A stretch of DNA of 64,000 nucleotides, from NCBI GenBank assembly GCA_965285935.1, contig OZ260661.1:138694001-138758000 (forward strand), read 5' to 3'. How positions within the stretch are numbered: the first letter of the stretch is position 1; each line of letters opens with the position of its first letter. The translations under genes were made by a program, and so were the position numbers. The notes under the pieces were generated by a model. It had not been told where the DNA came from. It was given only the letters and a program-made list of their open reading frames with translations, and made no database searches. This document shows, piece by piece, positions 27,115 through 40,300 of this stretch. The stretch is from Ophelia neglecta (taxonomy: Eukaryota).

Positions 27115-28977
27115 GCATATCTAGTTGACTTTTCTGCAGGGTTTCCCATGCCTCTGAAAGCTATCTCTTGTCTTTCAATGTCATTTTCTTTTATAGCACA
27201 AACGTTTATAATGAGTCCAATATATGGCACAGGTCAGTTATTATGAATATTGTACTATGAATAGCTTTCTGAAGTCAAGGGACCCTCTAAGTTCCTACTC
27301 ACATTGTGTTAATGCGTATTTCATTAAAATTATCTTTGTGGCTAGTTTTAACATCTTTTAGGGTGGGTGTCATGAGCGTCGCTAACATAAAAAGAAAACG
27401 TTTTAATTGCCCAAAGATATGATAATTACTTAACCGGTTGGTCAAATTCATGATTATGATTCCTCAATGAAATAAATATCTGATAATATTCGTTTTTCCT
27501 CTCTCAAAATTCACTACATGTAAATTCAATTTGTCCTGATAGCCTAGTACTATATATTAATATATTCAATTTTGAATCCATTGTCTGGGACTGTAAACTT
27601 TTTATGTGTTTGAAGTCTAAAATAAATTTTTCACACCTACCAATGGATATTTCATGGTGATGGGTAATTGAATATGCACATTGACGTATATATATATAGT
27701 GGGATTGTATAAATACATGTATTTATGTGTTCCATGTACACGATGTATTTTGTAAATATATTGTCTATTTTAAATGTCATTATGTGTCTGTATTTTTCTA
27801 TGTTGATGATTAAGCTCCTAGAGAAAATGACTCCCATAGTAAATGGAAAAAAATATAATAAACTTATCCAAGTGCTTCTATATATACACTAGAACCTCAT
27901 TAGACAATTCATTGGTCCAGATTACTGATAATATTAACTTCGCATTACCCATTGAGGTTTGGAATATGACCAAATTAAAAAATTGAACTGACATGTAGCA
28001 TAGGTGAGAGAATAAAGCATTTCATTTATTCAGTTGAAATGTTTTTTACTTGCTCATCAACTTCAAGACCACGCATTAAACTATCCTTCTGTTTGAAGGT
28101 ACAATTTAATGTAGGCAAATGTTCACCCAAGCATATAGATTGATTCTTAGAACAGATGAGATTATGGTGGTTACCCGGTAAATGTAGAAACAGGAGAGAA
28201 CAGCATAATATGTATGTATTATTATGAAGCAGAAAATGTTTGAACCTAAAATTCATCAAATGTCATTGGTAACTACAATGGTCAATGTTTATATTTTCTG
28301 AGCATGAAGCATGAAATATGTACATGTATATTAGGCCTACATCAGGTAACTTATAACTTGAAAACAACTGTTCATGCCCTTTTCTAACTCTGTGTCAAAC
28401 AATTGTCATTTTTCGACCAATGACTATTTCAATCATCAGTTTTTCTTTCTCACAAAATAAATCTGTCAGTTGCCTAATATTGTGATATGTGTGGGTAGTG
28501 GATGTAGTGTATATGCTCCCAAACCAAATTTTATGTACCCTTTGGCTCTTTGTCATCCTCTGTGGCATGCTAACTAACTTGTAACATAGCCACAAGGTGA
28601 TTGGTTGTTATGTGCATCATAGTTTTTAATCTCTCATTCTCTCATGGGCTGAACAATGCCCAATATAATAATTCCCTGCTGAACTAAAATGAATGAACAT
28701 ACTTTCTCTTAAAACTAACTGGGTAATTCATGTATGTCAATCCTGACTGCTATGGTAGTATAGGGAGTACTTTCAAGGTTGGACCATGATCTACCCATGT
28801 GTATAGTTTTGTGAGTACTAACATGGGGTAGGCCATCTCAAGACATCTTGTAAGTCCTTTTTCTTCTTAATTTCATATACAGGTTGTAAAATTATAGGCC
28901 GCACAAAATGAAAAGCTTGTGATGAATAAGTTGAGTGTCTGAACTACAAATATATTAGGACTTTTTGTACAGTATAA

Positions 28978-30265
28978 CACCCCAGTCACACAGAGTCATC
29001 GGTGATAGATCGCTAGTTTTCTTAGCCAGATAATATGCCCCAGTCACACAGGCGTTCGGGCTTAAATCGGTACCCAATCGGCCAAAGAATATTTCATTCT
29101 CATCGGTTGTCATAAGTGATTTCATTTCTTACTTTTAGTGTGACTGGGTATCGGTGGTGAATAATTGTTCAATCGGTAACATCTTTGCTGGTATGACCGG
29201 TTATTATCGCTTGTAAGTCGGTGTTAAATCAGGTATATCGGCAATCGATCGGCGTTTGGGAGCAAGTCAGTAGTCACCAATCATTTTTCGTCTTATCGGT
29301 GGCCTATCAGTGATATCGGTTGTAGACAGGTTGTTAATCGGTTATTTGTAAGATATTTTCACCGATCGAGAATTTTAAACACGTTTAAAAATCCCAATCG
29401 GAAGTTTTTCCCCAGCGAAACTCATCTTTACCCAATCGCATTTGATCGGTGGAAACCAGGAGATATCGGAGGTAAATAGGTTTGCATCGGTTAACGCCCT
29501 AAGCTGGCTAAGAAAACTAGCGATCTATCACCGATGGCTCTGTGTGACTGGGGTGTAAGGGCGGGAACCGATGCAAACCTATCAGTGATAGTGACCACCG
29601 ATGAAAAAAGCTTGCTATAATTAAAATTTAAAAAAAAATGGTTTCACGATTCTGGGAGATAGGCGTTGCAATAGCTCGTCGAACTTTCTCGGAGTCATCT
29701 TCATATAGTTCTGAAAGGAGCTGATGTCATCCTCCCTCCGCTCTGCATGAATGGTGTGGTACTGCCCAAACTGACGTATTTTATCCTTGGTTGATCAAGG
29801 TCTGGTCCACCTTCTCCTTTGCCTCCTACGGCGCCTCCATTGCTCGTCTATGGGCTGCTGGCTACCCGGATGCATGTCTGACATTGAGAAGGGCCTGCTG
29901 TTGCCAAACTGCTGGATTACCTTTCCATCATCCATGATTTCAAGCGACGAAATGTAAGATAGTTACCAGTTTTCATCACTAATACATATTTTTTTATTAC
30001 ATGAAGCGATAACCACCTGAAGAGATATGGAAGCTTTTTATCACCTATCTATCCCCGATCGGCCACCGATTACCACTTATATCTCACCGACCATATCAGA
30101 CGAAAAATGATTGGTGACTACCGACTTGCTCTCAAACACCGATCGATTGCCGACATACCGGATTTAACACCGACTTACAAGCGATGATAACCGGTCATAC
30201 CAGCAATGATTTTGACCGATTGAACAATTATTCCCAACCGATACCCGGTCACACTAAAAGTTAGA
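28978..30265 (-). mobile_element. PIF/Harbinger-derived composite with transposase N-terminal remnant
   Basis: CCCCAGTCACAC termini flanked by TAA; long inverted repeat about 29130-29300 vs 30085-30262; minus-strand FGQYHTI...EDDISSFQNYMKMT...FDELLQRLSPRI at about 29645-29810. Confidence 0.8.
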
Positions 30266-30344
30266 AAGGCGGTGGCGGTGGCAGTGGCAGTAGTAGTAGT
30301 AGTAGTAGTAGTTGTAGAAGTAGTAGTAACAATATGGATAACAC

Positions 30345-31988
30345 ATTTAATCCAGATTTAACTTTTTATTGGGTAAATTTAATATGAACATGGACTACAT
30401 TCATTCTCACAGGTCCAGTACAACATATTCAGGATTATGAAAGAAAGCTGTGTGTTCAATAGTTATTGGTGAATACAAGTGCTTGACAAATCTCTGAATT
30501 TAATAATCAAGAAAGATTCGTGGTACAGTGATTCATCATATTGTATTTCATTTTGATATAGACATGCTGTGTCATAGGTATAATTAGTAGGCCTCGTTTC
30601 CAATATTCATCTTTTATTTTTAAACGAAAATTATCCTTTTCCTTGGATCCGATAATATATATTAAATTAGCAACGGACCACAAGGTGACAAAACAGTAGA
30701 TGGATATTGAGGTGACATAGACTAATCTATGCACTGTCAACAATTAATCACACATTGAATTGTACACAAAATAGCATTGAATACTGTCCCAACCAATTTA
30801 ACAATTTATACTCGCATTAAAATCTAGTTTCTACTGCCAGTACAACATCCAGAGCATCGTTATTCATTTATCGTATTAAATTTCCCAAGTTGCAAAAATT
30901 GCAAAATTTGGCGAAATAAATACCAACCGAACATTAGGTGTAAGCAAAATAAACCAGAAAAACATAGGCACATATACAAAAGCCCCCCCCCCCCCCCCCC
31001 CCTACTCCGACCCCCTGATCTAGACACATGTATCTAACTACTAAGCAACATGATTCTTTTTACTAAATACAATAAGCTATTAAGGAAATAAAGCTAACTT
31101 TGGATGCCTATCCAGCATTTTCTTTATTTCAAACATATTGAGAAGCTCATTTGTTTTTAAATGAAATTGATCCAAATTACAACAATGTCGAGTTCACAGT
31201 GTGCTTTACGACAAAGACATGGATTATAAACGGTTCTTTACATTTCGGTTTTAATAATGGGATTTACACAAAGGTTACTTAACAAGTACCAACAACTAGC
31301 AAATCACTGGAATTTCAACATGTGTTTATCACCAGAGGCAATAGGCAAAACCTGAATACTAACATACTACAATACCAATCAACATGTCAACTTGATTATT
31401 ACTCTAATATATTTTTTCTTTAACAATCTAATACATTTTTGTCTTTTAAAATAATAAAATGACTTCCAATTCCCATATGATTATGTGCAAATGTTATATT
31501 AAATTTTCAAAGATATATTTCAGTTAATATATAATGCTATTCAATTGTAAACAATGATAATTTAATAAGCTTTCTCTACTATACGTACTAAGTAGTATAA
31601 GTACTACCAGTACTAAGTAGTATAAGCAAATCTGTATTTATTTTTTTAATACTTTTTCTGATATTAATTACTGCATTTTACGAAAATGTGATATGGTATT
31701 CAGGATAAGCCTGGGTATCATTAAATATCACATACATTGATGGGTTACTAACATTATCCACAACCGAGTCATACAGGATTGCTCCAGATTTCACTGGAGG
31801 AACTTTCATTCCACCAGACCCATTAGCAATGTCTCCGGTCAGCACTTTACACATATAAATGTGCTTATGGCCGGTATTAGGATCAGGACGAGAATAGGTA
31901 CTGGAACACGAGTAAGATGCCTTCTTGGCAAAGTACGATCCGTTACCAAGGGCTACGGCTGTAAACGAAAATGGTAAAGGGCAGCAAC
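30345..31988 (-). repeat. Direct duplication of last exon plus 3'UTR (other copy about 35570-37466)
   Basis: Colinear high-identity match; the 35570 copy has two extra blocks (about 36035-36118 and 36670-36831); both copies keep a minus-strand AATAAA (near 30365 and 35588). Confidence 0.92.
31678..31958 (-). CDS. Duplicate of the PARP14-like last exon (alternative terminal exon or pseudo-exon)
   Basis: 281 nt, 11 nt differences from 37156-37436, frame open, acceptor ttttcgtttacag retained. Confidence 0.7.
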
Positions 31989-33528
31989 CACCACAGTCGT
32001 GTCCTAAGCAAGCCAGAGCGCAATTACTGTGTAACACGGCGTGAGCTCTTGGCTATAGTTGATTCCGTTAAGCATTTTCATCACTATTTGTATGGGGTCC
32101 GTTTCACGGTTAGAACCGACCATGGAGCCCTTGTCTGGCTTCTTGGCTTTAAGAACCCAGAGGGCCAGCTGGCTAGATGGCTGGAGAGGCTCAGTCAGTA
32201 TGTGTTTGACGTTAAATATCGCCCAGGGCCCAGGCATCGAAATGCCGACGGTTTGAGCCGCCGGCCCTGTTCGAAGGAAAAACCCGACTGTGAATACTGC
32301 CTACGGCAGGAGACCCGTGGAGAGGTCGGGGAGGTCGAAACCCAAGGGGCTGACCGAGCGGTGGTTCGGCAGATAGTCCTAGTTGAGCCCTTCACAAAGG
32401 AAGTGGTGAAGGAAGCCAAGTCTGAAGATCCATGTTTGAAACGGGTGATAGAGTGGATCTCAGCTGGGGAGAGACCAACGTGGATGAGCATTTCAGCCGA
32501 GGGCTATGCTCTGAAAAGTTATTGGTCGCAATTCGACAGATTAGTCTTGAAAAACTAGGTGTTGTATCGGCAATGGGTGCATGACAGCAGCCAGTCGTCG
32601 CGCCAGCTGCACCCGCTGCCAAGCAACTCCTCGACCGCCCCCTCCGGAGCACAACAGTTTCCGCCAACACCACAGAGACGAGAGATGTCGTGGGGAGGCG
32701 CTTCTCCAGGCAGGGGTAACAGGCCCTCTCCACCCAGAGCTACCGCTGGAGGAACCGGAGCTGGACCAGAGGATTGACGAGGTGTCGACGGCAGCCTGCT
32801 TCCTGGCCTCCACCCTCGCCGACTCGGTACCAGAAGACAGTGAGGATGGTTTCCTGCTTCAGGAACCAGATATTTTCATAGGATAGGACATTTTCTTGTG
32901 CTACTCGGATTAACTTGATTGTCCATATATATCGGACTGTGGCGTCATTCAAGGAACATTTTTATCGTGCCACCATAGCCGAATGTAGTTAGTGTATATA
33001 TAGTAGGTAGGACATATTTACCTTTGTATTTATTCCAGGTCGTTATGTTAATTGTTAAACTGTTTGTATTTGACTCTTGCCAACTCCATTGACCCTTCCG
33101 TCGCTTGCCGCCTGAGGACAGTTGGGCGACTGGAGGGGGGCTCTGTAATGAAGTTGGCCTGGGCAGGCTATGTGTTGGCCCACGTTGCCTGGAGGCCATG
33201 GAGAGCGATGTGCTCCGATCGGCGTCTGACTCGTGAATGGTGAGATGCCGCTTGCTTGTACATTGGGCTTATGGGAGCCCTATAAAAGCATTTGCATCAA
33301 TGGTCACCAGGGAGAGAGGACATTAATCAAAGCCGGAGCAAGACATCGCGTAGGACACAAGGAAAAATAGTGACACAGGATTGTGAAAAATACGGATTTT
33401 ATTCGAGAAACTAAGGTTTGTGGCTCATTTGGAGCCTTATTTTTGTATTTAAAGTTAATAAAGATTTTTTACCTGTTTTCATGTGTTGAGTTACTCTGTC
33501 GCACAAAGCCCGACCGGCAAACATTGTC

Positions 33529-33531
<3 letters not shown>
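31988..33531 (+). mobile_element. Ty3/Gypsy 3' fragment (RNase H and linker, deleted integrase) with 3' LTR
   Basis: SRVLSKPERNYCVTRRELLAIV...VRTDHGAL...HRNADGLSR; PPT ggagggggg; LTR 33144-33531 (TG..CA, TATAAAA at 33281, AATAAA at 33457). Confidence 0.9.

Positions 33532-33590
<59 letters not shown>
33532..33590. repeat. (TA)n microsatellite abutting the Gypsy LTR
   Basis: Directly visible. Confidence 0.97.
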
Positions 33591-33593
<3 letters not shown>

Positions 33594-34060
33594 CTGCTCA
33601 TTCCCATGTCACAGTGCTTTCTAAACTCAGTAATTAGGAATAAAATATGCAGGGCGACTACGTATGGCACTCGAAGGCGAGTTAGCTAGTCACAATAGGG
33701 CTTCGTCGGCAAACAGGCCGACTTGGATAAAGGGTGACTACGTTTAGGGGCGAGTTATGGTTTCTATTTATTTCTTTCATATTTACAAATCATAATAGGA
33801 GTTATGGATGTCTACATGTCATCATGTCAAACATACTAAACTATATTAAAACAATCACGCGCGATTTGCCTGCGCGCGAGTTGGCATAGAACGTCGTGCG
33901 AGTTGGCACCCGCGCGAGTTGACCCGGGACCGACATTACTCCCTGATAGTAGCAGCAGTAGTGGTAGTAGTAGCACGATCGTAAGGTTATTCCCACATAT
34001 CCTTGTCCCAAACATATCAATAATGGTTTAATAGATACTGTGTGTCCAGGTGTTGCATAA

Positions 34061-35409
34061 GGGAGCGTAAAGTTTGGAAATGAGTACGTCAAAAAAACAT
34101 TGCCCCCCCCCCCCCTCAGAGATAGGTGGAAAAAATCGCCCCCCCCCCCCTGGAAATAGGTGAAAAAATAATTGCCCCCCCCCCCCCCCATCAAAGACAG
34201 GCGGCAGATATCAGGCTTATGACATTATTCATTTACATTATTATTCTATACATTTGAACACATTTGCAGCTAGATCTATACAATTTTCACCACTGGGTTT
34301 GTCGGAATAATACAATATTAATACATATAATAGTCACTAAAAGTTCTTTTCCTGATGGTTCGACCTGAGCTTCGGTCGAACATGTTATCACTCTTTTTGA
34401 GTGACTATTAAAGGCTTTAATATGAAATATATTGAGATGTGTTCATTACCCACAAAATGATATAGCAAAACTTTTGTATGTTTTTAATGTGATTGTTTGT
34501 AAAAGTTGTACTATGTATCATTGCACGTCATGTCAATACATCTATCACATATAAGAAAGTTAGTGAGACATTGACCAACTGGCCCCATAGGGGGTGGCCC
34601 AATGGAACATCCTCATTCAAACGTCCTCGTAATTCCAGTTATTATACTTGAATTTTATTTCAATTGGATATATGTATCACTGTGAAATTGCCGGCTTTAT
34701 TCTTTCAAGTTTTGTTTGTGCTGTATTGGTGCATAAAACTTTCTGTTTAAGAACTTTTGTTATTTGTATTAGGACAGGTTCTCATACATACTGCATTGTA
34801 TATTATATGTTCAGTATTTTTCAGTTTACTAGTCGATTTGTTTTAGTGTGCATGTCTGGTCAGTGTTGCGTGATAATTTGTTATTTGTGTCAGGCTGTTG
34901 CACAGCAGATACTATAGTGACTCATTTTATGTTTGTCAATGTTTTTTTTTACTGATTCATGATTTTTTAGTCCTGTGTCACTGGGAACATCTTGTCATAT
35001 TGTACGTTTCTACAAGTCCTAAATCTGTTATTTTCTCATTGTTTTGATAAGTATTGTATGATAGTAATGGATTAAACCAGACATGGGGCGAATACACTTG
35101 AAATGTATTCGAATACGAATACAAATACTGAATAATCTCACGAATATGAATACAGCAGTTTTCAAATGTATTCGAATACGAATACGAATACTTTCAAAAG
35201 TATTCATGAATACATTCATGAATATTTTGGGTTTTGTATGCCAATAAATGGACTATATATTAATTAGAGTATATAGCAATTTAATATTAATTAAAATATT
35301 AGATTAAATATTAGATTAAAAAAAAGTCCCCCCCCATGGAAATGGGTTGAAAAAAAAAACGTCCCCCCCAAATCTACCCCCCCCCCGGCTATAAATAATG
35401 AACGCTCCC
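34061..35409. mobile_element. Harbinger-like MITE with nested fragments
   Basis: TAA-GGGAGCGT ... ACGCTCCC-TAA ends, subterminal poly-C blocks; contains a (GAATAC)-repeat element end at about 35078-35225. Confidence 0.6.
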
Positions 35410-37155
35410 TAAGTACAGCCAAAACAAAATGATATGGTTGTGGCGGGGCTACCGACACGCTTGGGGGTTAAAGACATACATGTACTGGAAAGCAGCAATA
35501 ATCATCTTTATTAAATGACTTGTCTATCAATTTATCAATTATGAATAAAAAATGAGATCCAGAAATCAATACAATAGATTTAACCTTTTTATTGTGTACA
35601 TTTAATATGAACATGGACTACATTCATTGTCATATGTCCAGTACAACATATTCAGCATTATGAAAGAAAGCTGTGTGTTCAATATTTACTGGTGAATAAA
35701 AGTGCTTGACAAATCTCTGAATTTAATAATCAAGAAAGTTTCGTGGTACAGCGTTTCATCATATCGTATTTCATTTTGATAAAGCCATGCTTCGTCTTAG
35801 GTATAATTAGTATGCATTGTTTCCAATATTTTTCTTTTACCTTTAACTGAAAACTATCCTTTTCCTTGGATCCGATAATATACAGTATATATTCAATTAG
35901 CAATTGACCACAGGGTGACAAAAAAGTAGATGGATATTGAGGTGACATAGACTAATCTATGCACTGTAAACAGTTAATCTCGCATTGTATTGTACACAAA
36001 ATAGCACTGAATACTGTCCCAACCAATTTAACAAGAGCCAATAGTGAGAGCACCTCCCATACTCTAAAGTAAGGTAAGGTCTTGGGAATTTTGTTTCGTG
36101 AATTTAAAAGATATGGATTTTTACTCGAATTATAATCTAGTTTCTACTGCCAGAACAACATCTAGAGCATTGTTATTCATTTGTCGATATTAAAATTCCC
36201 AAGTCAAAACAATTGCAAAATTTGGCAAAATAAATGCCAACTGAACATTAAGTGTAAGCAAAATATACCAGAAAAAACTTGGGCATATATACATTATCAA
36301 TAGCCCCCCCCCCCCCCCCCCCCCGACACACACACACACACTCCCACCCCCTGATCTAGACACATTATCTAACTACTAAGCAACATGCTTCTTTTTACTA
36401 AATACAATAAGCTATTAAGGAATTTAAGCTAACTTTGGATGCCTATCCAGCATTTTCTTTATTTCAAACATATTGAGAAGCTCATTTGTTTTTAAATGAA
36501 ATTGATCCAAATTACAACAATATCGAGTTCACAGTGTGCTTTTACGACAAAGACATGGATTATAAACGGTTCTTTACATTTCGGTTTTAATAATGGCATT
36601 TACTCAAAGGTTACTCAACAAGTGCCAACAACTAGCAAATCACTGGAATTTCAACATGTGTTTATCACCTTTTCATACTCGCTGCATGTGATAGGATATA
36701 TCTATAGTAAATATCAATATAAGGGGTCATAAAAATAATGCTCTTCTTAAAAATATCGCCAAAGGAACGTGTATCTGTCTCAAAAATAGTTATATAGAAG
36801 TAAAACATAAGTTTGCATCAGGATTTATCCAAGAGGCAATAGGCAAAACCTTAAAACTAACATACTACAGTACCAATTAAAATGTCAACTTGATTATTAC
36901 TCTTAATATATTTTTTCTTTAACAATCTAATACATTTTTTTCTTTTAAAATAATAAAATGACTTCCAATTCCCATATGATTATGTGCAAATGTTATATTA
37001 AATTTTCAAAGATATATTTCAGTTAATATATAATGCTATTCAATTGATGACAATGCTAATTTAATAAGCTTTCTCTACTATACATACTAAGTAGTATAAG
37101 TACTACTTGTACTAAGTAGTATAAACAAATCTTTATTTATATTAATAACCGCATC

Positions 37156-37436
37156 TTATGAAAATGTGATATGGTATTCAGGATAAGCCTGAGTATCATT
37201 AAATATCACATACATTGATGGGTTACTAACATTATCCACAACCGAGTCATACAGGATTGCTCCAGATTTCACTGGAGGAACTTTCATTCCACCAGACCCA
37301 GTAGCAATGTCTCCAGTCAGCACTTTACACATATAAATGTGCTTATGGCCGGTTTTAGGATCAGGACGAGAATAGGTACCGGAACACGAGTAGGATGCGT
37401 TTTTGGCAAAGTACACTCCGTTACCAAGGGCTACGG
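37156..37436 (-). CDS. PARP14-like last exon, ART C-terminal half
   Basis: AVALGNGVYFAKNASYS...YDSVVDNVSNPSMYVIFNDTQAYPEYHITFS-stop. Confidence 0.95.
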
Positions 37437-40267
37437 CTGTAAACGAAAATTTTTAAGTTCAGCAACTGGTTAATGATTGAACAGTATCACGGTCTACTCT
37501 AAAACAATCAAATAGCTACAACATTAAGCTTTCTTCTTTAAGCAGATTTGATCTTTTGTTTTTAAACAAGAAACAATTCAAAATGATAAATCATAAAGAA
37601 ATAATCCCGATTGTCTGCATTAAAATGAAGACAGTTGCCATATATGCGTAGCCCCATTTTTCAGTTTCTGAAACCTGATGACTTAAAACAATACAGGCTT
37701 GCATGCAATTATTCTTTCTATATAATAGTTTAAAAATAACACTGCACCAATTGGGTGTTTAATGTAAAATTGCTATTACTTAGCATTTGGAAGAAAGAGA
37801 TTCCAAATGCCATTATAGTACTCATACAAGGTATCAATTATAGCAAGTACCATTTTTTCCACAGTAACTCCTATTGAAACCATATCTGTTGATGCTTTCT
37901 AAGGTGTCGACACTGGTGCCATGCCAGAGGTTATTTTCAACATTTCCCGTTGGATTGGCTTTCATCATACTGTCCCTGTGCACGGCGTACTGCTGGAACA
38001 AGCTGGTGTTCTGAACCCTCTCGATCTGTTTGATAAAATGTTATTGTGCCATATACTGTAATGGTAAAATGTTCATGGGGGATTAAATTTACACCTTTGG
38101 AAAAAAGACAATTGGACATTTTTTGTTTCTTGGCAAGAATTATGTATGCGATTATGATTTTCATGAGTTTAAATTTAAGACTGATTGTATTGGTTCCAAA
38201 AGTCTCGAATTTGTCGAGAATATATAATTTCCATTAAACTACTTATTAGCAAATAGTTATCAATGGATATAACAAAATGCCTTTTATCGTGAATGCACAA
38301 TAATGAATACTGTAATAGCGGAAATGATTGCAGGGGGAAATGTTTGTGAATTTGAAAAGTTTGCATTTTTAGGGACCTTAATTGTGTTAAGCTTCGACAA
38401 ATCAGGTATTGCAGTACTATGTACATAAAACCAGATCATAAAAAATTGCGTTTTTTAAATTTTCATTTGTGTTTATTTTTTTTTTGCGCAAAGTTTTGGT
38501 TTAAATATTGCTTTACATAATTTTATGTTTAGAGGTTAGAATAAAATCTGTGCACCTTCATCAAATAAACCAATATTAAACATTGACATCAGGAAAGAAA
38601 AGATGGCATATCTCTATAAAAGGAATTGTATCTGCATTTAGTAGGTTGAATAGGGTTTTTTCCAGCCAGTTGCATGACCATGATACTACTTCACAAATAT
38701 GACAATGTTGAGTAGCAGTAGAATCTAATCCCATTCATCAAGCTGAGCAGGTAGACCAGAACAATTCAAATATACCCAAAATAAGCTGGCTGTACAATGT
38801 AAGACAATGTTTAAGAAAGGGTCATTACAAAATACTAAAGCAAGGCAATTAATAATGGTCACATGGCTTAGTATACAAAGAACTTTTGTCATTTGCAATA
38901 ATTGATAAAACCTTTAGGATTATACCAGTAAATCTGATTCCATAAACCTGCTGTAAACAGGGGCAAAGAAACAGGCTATTTCCATGTTTTAATGTACTAG
39001 GCTCTTTTGTGTTCCCCGACCATGCAGCACATCTCCGTATTAACCCATTTACTAAAACTTTTGTCATATCAGACTTATGGCATTGACTTTTACCTTCTTG
39101 TAGCTTAAGTTCTATGAGTCAAGTGGACAAATTGTAAACATACATTATCTTGGCCTTAACACAAATCAATTGCACAAGCATTTAACTCTTTAACCTACCC
39201 TTATCTAGAGTTTTTTATTACTGGCTTATGGTTTTTAGGCTAGACTGTACTTTAAAGCATGTAAATGATATATAAGAGGATACCTCGCCTTAAACAATTG
39301 AAAGTATGATCGATTGACGTGCTTACATTTATTTTTATTATTTTGGGTGGCTGCTTTACTTACACTGAATATGTTGTTAATATGCCCCCCAGCAGTAGCC
39401 TTCAATTTATTCTCCACATCTTGGTACTCAGCAGAACTTGTCTGAAGAGCCACCAGTTCAAAATGCTTGTTTGGGTCGACCTTGGTCCAGTTTGGTGGTA
39501 CTTCCACACCACCTCCTGCAATGTAAAAAAAACAACGCTGATGTAAAAGTATTGGCCTCCACAACTGAAATTGATTTTATTTTATTTTGTTTTTGTTGAA
39601 AGAAGTATATATATTAACAGTTGCACTGATATAGGGCTTAATGATGTAAATTATTATAGCATGTTGTACACTGTGTGATTTATACTATATACCATTATTG
39701 TGGCAAAAAGGACAAAGTACATCAATGAAATGACTTGAAAGACAAAATATATAAATCTTAATAAACTAGTTAATTAATATCTGTACCAAAAACTTTACTT
39801 GGTTATATAAACTTAATATGTAGTGGTTATTATATAATCTGACAAAACGACGGCATTGTCATATGTTGGATAATTTAAGCTGACCCATACTAGCAGTACC
39901 ACATGATGTTAAATTGCAATAAAGCTATCGATTTATAACCATCTGTTTGGTGCCAGAGGACTTGGTCCAATACATATCCCCCCAAATATTTCTCCGAAAA
40001 AGGGGGGGGGGGGGCAAGCTTAACCTTATTTCCAATATTGATTTTAAACAGGCATTTTAGAATCCTGGCTAACACCCTGGTGGGAATCATTAGGTCGAAA
40101 TTTAGACAATACTTGACTGAGAATTTTACTGTCAGAAAATAGCAGCCTATTTGAGGTCCATGCACAGTGCTTGCTCACCCACAAAGGAAAATAGGGCTAT
40201 ATTGTTAAGGCTATATACATGCTTCTACACAAGATTAGAAATTGTTCTAATGATATCAGTTGAGGGG

Positions 40268-40300
<33 letters not shown>

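Noticed and set aside
31678-32037. 119-aa ORF as a Gypsy-PARP fusion protein
   Set aside because: The N-terminal part is intron plus antisense Gypsy sequence upstream of a proper splice acceptor; the start is a non-ATG artefact.
35088-35225. CRISPR-like repeat array
   Set aside because: Short GAATAC/GTATTC subterminal repeats without unique spacers; eukaryotic context and no cas genes.
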